This document shows, piece after piece, positions 53,916 through 64,000 of a stretch of 64,000 nt of DNA. Every line of letters begins with the position of its first letter. Position 1 is the stretch's first letter. Origin of the DNA: Paramecium tetraurelia (Eukaryota). A model generated the notes under the pieces. The model did no database searches. It had not been told where the DNA came from and saw only the letters and a list, made by a program, of their open reading frames with translations. Where the stretch lies: NCBI GenBank assembly GCA_000165425.1, contig CT868043.1:1-64000 (forward strand). Direction: 5' to 3'. The position numbers were made by a program, and so were the translations under genes.

Positions 53916-54447
53916 TCACATTATTATTTATAATTCATCAGCAACTTTGATAGCATAGCGGAATGTTTGCCAATGGAGGGTTAGTTCTTTCTTATTTAGG
54001 TCAGCATCTGCATAAGTAAATCTACTCCTTATTTCATGCACTGCTCATTCACATTCCCATTTTGATTTACATGGCCAAAGGTCACTTTGGTATATTTTTA
54101 GATCTCATTCACATCTGTGGGGATCTTGTTTCTGTTAGTCATGATGCTACAAAGTTAACTTACTTGTCAAAAAGTGCAACAATAATTGTTGTGATCACTT
54201 TTTTATTACGATTCCTTTTAGCCTTCTTCTAAACTCTTCCTTCCTTTAGATAAACTGATTTTACTGCTTTGACTGTTGACAGTGGAATTTAAAAGAGTTA
54301 AGCCACCTAAATAGTAAGCTACACTAATACTTCTCTAATTTTCATCTTCTCTTTAAATATCTTTTCCACTATTTCCTTTCGTTTTTAGTCGTCAATAACA
54401 TTATATTTGGATGGTCTCTTTTATCTGGTTTAGGTCATTTTTTTCAT
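53916..54447 (-). CDS. Small helix-turn-helix DNA-binding protein (ciliate HTH family)
   Basis: KYNVIDDQKRKEIVEKIFKEKMKIRE|VAQLFQIPLSTVKAVKSVYLKEGRVQKK; a second intron is needed near 54147-54163. Confidence 0.7.
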
Positions 54448-54615
54448 TCTCTAGGTTTTTTATTAAAATTAATAATGTTCTAGAACATTAATTTATTATT
54501 TTAAGCGAAACTTACATTTTATTAATTTAATTAATTCCGATCTTTGTCCAGTATAAACAAGTTTAATAAATAATAATTTTATATATATATATTTATATAT
54601 AATATACTCCACACA

Positions 54616-57115
54616 TCATTGTTATTATTATGATATTTGTTGCGTCTATTATGTTGATTAGAATTAGCTAATCTAATTGTTTTGCCACTCCAAATTAGGA
54701 TCATGTGTATAAAATGGATTAGTTGTCTATGATAAAAATCATCAATACTTTAGCAGTTGGATATTCCATTAAGAATTCCAAATCGTTTGATTCTAATTCT
54801 TATACATTAAAAGGTTTGTTCTATAAGATGTGTTCACAATGTGATTCTATTTAATTATTATATAATTAACATACTTATCGTTTTATCTAGATTAGTCTTG
54901 ATCTCAACACTCTTCCAAAATTCAGCATCAAACTTATTCAAATCTTATTAGTATTCCTGAACATATTAAAGTTAGGGTCCCTTATATGTGTTTACTATTC
55001 AGAATATATAGGAAAATGTTACAATACTAAATGAGCATAAGTTAGTACTTATGATTCACAACTTGATTTGATTCTGTTTGATTGTTTCTGAGCTTGTTCA
55101 ATAGTTTAACACTCAAAAGAGGTCTATTCTATTGAGTATAGAAAGAGACCAATTATTTAAATGCCTAAAAGTTAACTTCCTTATTATGATAATTGGTGTG
55201 AATCAAGACCTAAGCGAATTGATTTTACAACTTAATGATATCTTATTCAGTCTTCAATTAAGATAATAGATATTCTCCTGATAGATCAAATTTCTTTTGT
55301 AATTCACTGCTATAAATATGTCCTTCAATCGAATACTATTCTCTCAAATGCTTTTCCTCCTCCTACTTTTATTGCAGCTTTTATAACTGTTTCTTCTCCT
55401 TTGGTGTCAACTTCTTCTACTCTACCTTTCCTTAATCCTATTGCTTGAGTTTTAATCTATTCAAACCTTCAATCATTAGACCTGCAGTTTCAATGAAGTA
55501 CTTAGCACTATATCTAGTATCCATAGCATCAAACATCTATAATAAAGATCTTAATGTGTATTTCCTTATTGAAAATTAATAGAAATCCAATTGATCATCA
55601 TACATCTCTTAATAATGTTTGAAGATCAAATAAAATTGAGCCAATGCTGGTCCAAGATAATTCAATCTTAAAAATGTTCTACCAACTCCCAATTCAAACC
55701 AAATCATCTGTAATTCATACGGATTTGATCCATCTCTCAAGAACATCCTCAATAATTCTTATGACAAATAAACCATGTTTGCTCTTAAGGCATATTTGAT
55801 TGTCTTATTGTTCAAGTATCTGTCAGCCAAATCCAATTGTCTAGCTCTATCTGCTGCCTCATAAGCCTCCTTGAATTTCTCTTACTTGTGCAATACCTTG
55901 GCCTTAATCAAATACAATTCATGCAAAGTGGGTGTGTGGGCAATTGCCTCTTCAACCAACTCCAATGACTTTGCGTATTACTTAATTTAGTAATAATGTT
56001 AAGATAATAACATCAAAGCCCATAACTTTTAGATTGGACCTGCATTTAAATATGACTCATATGCTTCTTTAATTACATCCAATTTCTCTTTCTATTTATA
56101 TAAATGTTTGATTTCTCTGAACAATGAAGGAAGAGACTTCTAAAAGAAAGGATCAATAAATTTCAAAAAATTGGTTTTGAATTTATCTCCACTTTATTCT
56201 GCTAATAATTGACCCTAAACCAAGGTGTTCTCATAGATTGAGAGATCAAATTATGGATCTGCCTTCTTTAGTAATTAATAGTATCTCCAATTCTATGGCT
56301 ATAATTCCAAGAGATGCTTTGCTGCTTCTACTGCTTCTTGAGTCGATCCCAATTTGATATAGAGATCATATTGGAGTTCATAATATGCCACCAAGTCAGT
56401 GATGTCGCTTTTTATTATAAAGAATATTGTACTTTTTGAATGCACTTATATTTTATTTAGCCTTTTAATAATCTTTGGCATCTATGGCGAGTTAGATTTG
56501 ATATAATTTGAACTCGTTCATTTCAACTTTCTTAATTGGATTCTGCTAATCCTTTTGAATCAATTACTCGGCTGAACTGATGGCTTTAAAGGCTATTTCA
56601 TAGTTTCCAATTAAATGCTAAGCAAATATGAATGCTATCCAATTCACTATCATGTTTGACTTTTTTGTCAATATCTTGTGTCTAAGTTAAGCATTGCCCT
56701 CATAATCCCTAGTGTGAATTTACAAATTGGCAGTATCCCTCTCCAATTAGATGTTTTCTTCTCCCTTTTTTATTGCTTGCAGGAAACATTTTACAGCCTC
56801 AATATAATTTTTTTAGGCCTTATAAATCAAACCATAAATATGCCAACAAAAGTCTGATCCCAAATTCTTAAACACTGCTTGCTTAGCCAATTCTAATCCC
56901 TTCTGTTGTTCATCATTGTAATACATAAAGATGGCCTTAAGAGACACCACCTCCCAATTATCAGGCACTTACTCCAACAATTTCTCAGCATTTCTGAGAC
57001 CCTTTTTATAATCCTTAGCATCGAGCAATTTCTATTTTAAGGTGATTATTCATACCACTAAAGCTTTGAACTCCCCACTCTATTTAGCATTTAATGAATT
57101 TTAAGCAGGTCTCAT
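54616..57115 (-). CDS. NAA15: NatA N-terminal acetyltransferase auxiliary subunit (NAA15/NAT1)
   Basis: N-terminal TPRs (KDYKKGLRNAEKLL; FCWHIYGLI); HTPTLHELYLIKAKVLH; ARQLDLADRYLNNK; DDQLDFYQFSIRKYTLRS. Confidence 0.92.
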
Positions 57116-58738
57116 ATCTTAACAAATTAAATAAATAAAATTATTTTATGTATTATACCTTCCTCATTGGAAATTTATTGCAATTTCAAAAGTAGTTATA
57201 TGGATATAAATGTTAAACTTAAAAATTAGATGATCAAAGAACCATTCCAAATAATTGCTTTTGTCTTCTATTAAAATTCCTGTATCAATAATATTTTTAA
57301 GCAAATAAGTATTCTTCCTTTCATGCATATGAAATAAGAATTTCAATTGCTGAATTTCCATCTTCCTAGTCTTATGGTGCTCTCAAGTTTTTGAATTCCT
57401 TCGAATAATTACTTAGTATCTCTACCATAATTTCTCAAGGCAATATTGCAGAGCCTGCAAACTTAACATTTATAAAAAGCTGTCCATATTTCCTTATAAT
57501 TTAGTCTAAATATTACATAGAAACAGTAATGTGAATTAATCATTCGCATTACTGTTTATTTGAAAATACTATTTTCAAACAGGTAGAATATGGGCATTCA
57601 CACTACCATAGACAATTGTCCACTATTCAAATAATTTTATCCATACAACTCTCACAACTTCCATATAAATTTCTTGTTCAAACTAACTTTGAATTAATTC
57701 TTTTAATCACTAATTATAACTTTCAAATGAAATCTATAATTAGAATTTTTATCATTTTATATTATAATCAAAACAAAAGATATAATCATTAAACATGATA
57801 TTGTCCTAAATTTTTTTAAAACCACTCAAAACATGTAAATACTATTTGTTATATTCATTTCTACGGACTATAATATTTTACAATTAATTCTATTTTCTTA
57901 CAGCCATATACTCTAAATTTCTAATTCATCTACTAATCAATTCAATTCTCTAGGTATTCGCATATTTTTTATGTATTTTTTCATTTAAATAAGAAATCAA
58001 AAATATATTCTATGATTCCTCTTATTATCCAAATAGATTTGACAAATGGAATTAGTTTTAATATTATGCAAATACTCATTCAATTGAAAGATGACTCCTC
58101 ATATATTCTATATTTCGATAACCAAATAATTAATAATTTGTCCTTAAATTCATGTTTCTTATATTGTAAGGTTCATATACCTGTTATGGTATTAAAACAC
58201 TCGATATATAGATTGAAGAATAGAAATTTTTTATTTATATAATATTCACTAAGAAAACAATACTAGTTAATGTTCAAATTATTAATAATTGGTTTAAATA
58301 TAATAAGTTTTCAAAAATTTATTAAGGAGGAAGAAAGTCTAATTGGTTTATAGAATTCAATTTTTTCATAAATTCAATTGGGATTGCTTTTAATTTTGCA
58401 GTATTTACAAAATGAATCTTCTTAAATTTAAGTAATGAATCTCAAGAAAATTAGGGTGATTCTTACTATTTGACATATAAGTTTTATTATTAATTATAAC
58501 TGCAGGTGCAAACTAATATTCATTTTGGAAAATATTTTGTTAGGATCAGTTAAATAAATATTAATTCTTTTCTAATGTGTCATTATTGAATGTATTTTTT
58601 ATTCTAATTAATATTACTTTAAGTTTTCCTATTGATAATGGAGGCCTTTTTACTCTAGTTGATAAGAAAGCCCTTACTAAATTAGACTTAAATCACTTTG
58701 ACTAGTAAGCATTTTATGTGATCTAAGTGTCGCAACAG

Positions 58739-59509
58739 ATGAAGGAAATAAATGATGATGGTTCAAAAAGGGGGCTTTTTTGTAGAAAGAAGATTAAAAT
58801 TGATTAAAATGATAATCATCGAAATTATTTTGATGGAATTTCAAAAGTTAGATGTGAAAATGAGGAACAAAAGGAAGAAAATTTAGGTAACAAAAATGAT
58901 ATGTAATGAAATGTATATGAATTAGGAATTTATCATTCGAGGAGTAGAAACAAGATTTGATATTGGAATATCACTTAGAAAATTCGATTCAATACATTAG
59001 TGGTGAAACATTGGTACTATTTAAAATGACAATGTAGGTGCAAAACATGAAATTGAATCATGTGCTTCTATACGATTGTCGATATCAATATGAATTTTAG
59101 GGTGGGCATATAAGAGGTGCAACCCATCTGAATCATTTAATAAATTTATCTGAAGAATTATTCGGAGTAACTCAATAGTCAAAGAAAATTGTGGTTTTGT
59201 ATTGTGAATTTTCAATAAAAAGAAGTAAAGAAAAGTAAAAATTTAAAATTATCTAGATATTTCGAGATTCGATAATTGGATAGGAGCATGAATATATATC
59301 CAAAGTTGACATACAAAAACCTATATATACTGTCAAAAGGATATTCAGAGTTTTATAAAAAGTTTTAACATATGTGTAATGGATGTTACGTAAGGATGGA
59401 CGATCCAACATATGAATAGGAATTGGAATAAGAGGAGGAAATTAGAAATATTGCTAAACAGAAAAATAAATTAAAATAAATATAAAGAATAACTGGTTGT
59501 TTAATATGA
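58739..59509 (+). CDS. CDC25: Cdc25-like (rhodanese-fold) phosphatase; start codon uncertain
   Basis: IQYISGETL; YDCRYQYEFQGGHIRGA; active site YCEFSIKRS (CX5R); DRSMNIYPKLTYKNLYILSKGYSEFY; YVRMDD. Confidence 0.8.
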
Positions 59510-59589
59510 AATGAATTATAAATACATATAATAAATATATTAAAATAAATTTATTAGAAAATAAAAATCTAATTTTAATAAAATTAATG

Positions 59590-60918
59590 TCATCCTTTAA
59601 GATTATTATGTAATTCTTAATTCTTTTTGTTGTTTATGCTAAAGGTGAAATTTCTAGGGCAATGGGGTGAGGTTGGATGATGTTTCAGAAAAAGATGAAA
59701 ATGAAGAGTTTATATTTAATTTGTTGTCAGTTACAAGTTGAATTAATTCATCTTTCAAGCGAAGTGAATGTACTGTTATAAATTATTATATTTTTTAATA
59801 AATAATATATAATATGGAATGTCGTTTGAAATATTTGATGTTCACAATTTGACTTTTTTATATCCACATCTCTGAAATTGATTCTCTTGAAGTTGATAGT
59901 AATGGGAAATGCAATTGTGTTGTCTGGTCCTTTTATCATTAGTGTTGAATTAAATGCGATTTTACTGTGGTTAATAATTGTAATAAATATTAAAGTTGAT
60001 AAGTTAATCTTCTTCGGTTGAGTTTGATTAGTGTTCGACTTAGAAAGATACCTCTGTCTTTATTCCCTTCCAGTTAAGAATTAAAAATACCTCTGGATAT
60101 AGATGAGAATATAAATAATATTCTTGAGACTATTGCGGATGCGCTAATGGCTTGGCGAATTCCATTATGTTTTTGTAATATTCTTAATTTGTACTTCCGT
60201 ATTTGAGAGAAATCCTGGAAAGAATTCAAAATAAATAATTACTCTGGAATTCCGTATTTAAGACAAGAATCGATGAATGTCGATACATTGTAGCCAAGTT
60301 CTTCGATGAGGTTAATGTCATATTAAACTTGGGAGATAAATAGCTGGTCGAGATCTTTGATATATTTGTATTGATAAAGTCCTGAGGCTCTATAATGGGG
60401 GACATGATTCTAAATATATTTATGTATATTAGTGTACTTCGAACGTCCCTTGCACTTGTTACAGGCCATTTTTCAGAGATTCAATGTATTTTTAAATGTA
60501 AAGACTCAGTTTATGGATATCCTCGTCACCATAGCTATCCAATTTTTTGACAACGTATTCCCATGGCGTAATCGAAAAGTCAAGTTGGGTGTACTAAATG
60601 ACGAGTCTGCCCCTCTCGATTAAAACCTTAGAGACCTTTTTATAGGGGTTTTGGCTGCTCACTCCCAATTTAAGATTATTATTGAAGACAATGTTTCTGG
60701 CATCAGAATAGAGGTGAAAATCCTAATTTTATAGAGTGGAAAAGGAATATTACTCCATTCATTCTAAAGGTTGAAAGGGGATTAAGAAACCTTTTGGGAA
60801 AGACAACGAGTTGAACCTTTTTTAGAGTTTAGTTTTCCTCTTCGTCTTCACTACAAGTTGTGGTTAGTAAATGTTACTCCATCTGAATTTTTAATCAAAT
60901 TAATTAAACTATATCCAT
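59590..60918 (-). CDS. Hypothetical ciliate protein
   Basis: Multi-exon frame that stays open in the ciliate code (..ELGYNVSTFIDSCLKYGIPE..), ending HNNLKG*. No family recognised. Confidence 0.6.
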
Positions 60919-61270
60919 TTTTAATATAAGCATATATATATGGCATTAATGATTATATTGTTATTTTGAATAGGGAATAATTATAATAATAACATTATTA
61001 TTTGAACAGAATTAATTAATTAAATTAACTTAATGATGCATCTATACATTTATAGATTAGTAAATATATTAATTAATTACAATTAATATTTAATTAATTA
61101 TAATCAATCCGAAAATACAAGTAAAGTGACCTAATTATTTAATTCAGTCAATCTCTGAAATCGGACACAAAAACGTACTCAAATCCCAAATTAATACTCA
61201 CTAAAATGAGTGTATTTAATAAAATAATCTACACCCATAAATATATAAATATATTTTAAATTATTCATTA

Positions 61271-62491
61271 ATGATTTTCAGAATCTCCAGGTCCTGCTTT
61301 TCGAGTATATCTGTCAAATTAGTACAATAGAATTTATAAACTCTAGCCATCTTTCAAAGTGCATCATTTGGAACTCGACCAACTCCCCCAAACAGCCACC
61401 ACAACATCAGCTGAATTGCTCGCATATTATAAGAGTATGCAATTGCAAAGACGTATGGAAATTGCTTGTGACAATCTCTACAAACAGAGATTGATTAGAG
61501 GTACATCTCATCTGTATGTATTCTAGGTTTCTTGCATTTGGCCGATGGTCAAGAATCAATTTATGAAGGATTACATGCAGGATTAACATTCGATGACTGC
61601 GTTATCACAGCCTACAGAGATCATTGTATCGCATTGCTCAGAGGTGATACTCCTCATCAGATTATTGCCGAAATGATGGCAAAACAAACAGGCAGCACAA
61701 AGGGTAAAGGAGGATCAATGCATTATTACAAAAAAGCCACCAATTTTTATGGTGGCCACGGAATTGTGGGTGCTCAAATTCCATTGGGAACAGGATTGGC
61801 ATTTGCTTAAAAAGTATCTCAAAAAGCCAAATGTGACTTTGATCATGTTTGGTGATGGAGCAGCCAATCAAGGATAATTGTATGAAGCTGCCAACATGGC
61901 TCAACTTTGGCATTTACCAGCCATCTATTTCATTGAAAACAACTTGTTTGGTATGGGAACATCCATTGACAGAGCCAGTGCCAATACCAAATTCTACACC
62001 AGAGGAGATGTCATTCCAGGAATATAAGTATATATATTGACAATTTATTAGATTGATGGAAACAACGTATTCTAAGTTAGAGAGACACTCAAATTCGCCA
62101 AGAAGCACTGTCTCGAAAAGGGACCAATCTTCATTGAAGCCATGACTTACAGATATCATGGACATTCCATGAGTGATCCTGGTGTCACCTACAGAACAAG
62201 AGAGGAAGTTCAATAATAGAGAAAGACTAGAGATTGTATCAACTATGTTAAAAACATTATTCTTGAAAACAAAGTGGCTGATGAACATTAATTGGAAGTA
62301 TTTCATTACTTTATACTTTTTAGGAAATCGATAACACAGCTTAAAATGAAATTGATATTGCTGTTGAATAAGCCAAAGTTGATCCAGTTCCACCAAGCAC
62401 TGAATTGGCAACCGATGTTTATGTTGACAATTAAAATCATTTCATTAGAGGAATCTTATATAAGGATAGCATTCTACCAAAGAGTTAATGA
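61271..62491 (+). CDS. PDHA1: Pyruvate dehydrogenase E1 alpha subunit, mitochondrial
   Basis: [59 protein letters not shown]. Confidence 0.97.
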
Positions 62492-63529
62492 TAAATTACC
62501 ATTTAGAAAAATAATATATATACACCTAATCTATTTTATTACTCTCAACAAAGATTCAAATATCTAAAATATCATGTTCTCCTGCATTGAAGACTAAACT
62601 GAAAAAGATATGGTTACATGTGAGTATTCTTAAAATATGTCTTGTGCCAGTCTGACGATATGCCATAATGGTGGCGTTAAAATTCTGAAGAGCAGAGAGC
62701 ACTGCATAACTTGCTGTATTATATTATACTTCTTCCTGTGTGTTATCTTAATCATACGCGTAATCAAAGGAGAAGATATACATTGTATACTATTTGGGTT
62801 GTTAAAGTATTCTTTAAGATGCTCAGGACCAACTAAATAAATGTTTATATTCATAAGTCTTCGAGAAACTTTGTAATTTAAGGATCTGCATTTTTATTTT
62901 AGTCATGCGCTCAATGTCTTTCCTATACCCTAAGATTTTTGTTTGACTAAACACCTGAAAATATACATTCAAATACTTTAGTTTAATACAACATAACATA
63001 AGCGATCTGCAGCTCCTATACCAATTTATGCTTCCTGTAAGTAATTTCGATATTAAACAATAGAATTCTTTTTGATGGGACAAAATCATTACATAAGGGT
63101 ACAAAAAATTCCTATTTAATAAATTCCTGTCAATATGTAATACTAACTACTATAATGCAATGATTATCTTTAGGGATGTTCAATTAATGTATCTTACTAT
63201 ACTTAGAGTATTTCTTCTTCATATTCTCCAAGTTTAATTCAAAAAATTCCTTCAAGATCTCAGGATCAGTAATCCTAATATAGCCAGTTCTTACTATATA
63301 TTGTTATTTCATTGCTCCAATTGTTTCTGATTATGGATCGTCACAGGCTTAGAGTGGATGGAAATTTGACGTTTATGAACTACTAAGTGAGAGAGTGTCG
63401 ATAAAAGAATCTAATTGACGGGGCTTAATGGTTCTCTTTGGATTCTTGATAGATCGATGTCAATATTAATTTGATAGAACTGCTGGAATTAAAGTTGATT
63501 TCGTAAAATATATAAATTTATTATTAACT

Positions 63530-64000
63530 TCAGATTTTTTTAACAATTTAAACGATATCTTCATCTAATAATTAATGATCCTTTCCTACTTTCTATGGAT
63601 TGTATTTCACACTAGCTCCCCAAACTAGTGCATATCTGAAGTCCTTAATCATGCTTTTGTGTAACTTATTACAAAAATCGGTGATTGTTGAAAACTTTCT
63701 TTGCACAATAACAGGAGCATTGTAATCTATTGTAATCTACGATAATAAGTACCTGGTTCTAATCCTTTTGGTTTAGTGTAGATACGAATGAGATCTAAGT
63801 AATCCCAAATTCTTTCCACTAATTCATCCAAATTCCATTCCAAAAAGGCAGAGATGGGCACGTAATGTGGAATCTTGTCCAAAACATTGAGTTCTTCCAA
63901 AGTGATATCGTCAATCTTATTCATTACGTAAAGACATGGGATGTACTTACGATTGCCTTCAATAATGTCAATCAAGTCTTCATCAGTAGCATCACATTTA
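63530..64000 (-). CDS. DRG: Developmentally regulated GTP-binding protein (DRG, OBG family), 3' part including the TGS domain
   Basis: [72 protein letters not shown]. Confidence 0.95.

Overview
AT-rich, gene-dense eukaryotic DNA read with the ciliate code (TAA/TAG = Gln, TGA = the only stop). It carries tiny GT-AG introns (about 20-32 nt) and very short intergenic spacers, which fits a Paramecium-type macronuclear chromosome. The supplied ORF track uses the standard code and fragments the real genes, so I re-read them by hand. The first 8 kb looks accessory: a TPR array in which nearly every repeat carries its own intron, a 150-N gap, a decayed pentapeptide-like relic, a non-coding GC-rich hairpin island, a 200-bp inverted-repeat element, and a frameshifted pentapeptide/WD40 gene. 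The rest is mostly core genes: a P4-ATPase/guanylyl cyclase fusion set head-to-head with a giant ankyrin-ARM-PH (GAC-like) gene, an RBR E3 ligase, a PUB-UBX protein, alpha-tubulin acetyltransferase, an SNM1-family nuclease, a cytochrome b5 protein, an EF-hand protein, an OSCA/CSC1 channel, XPD, gamma-glutamyl hydrolase, an NDUFA13-like subunit, two tandem kinases, a Ulp1 protease, RPL10A, NAA15, a Cdc25-like phosphatase, PDH E1-alpha and a partial DRG GTPase. CDS coordinates run from start to stop and include introns. All family assignments come from motif recognition by eye; no database searches were run.
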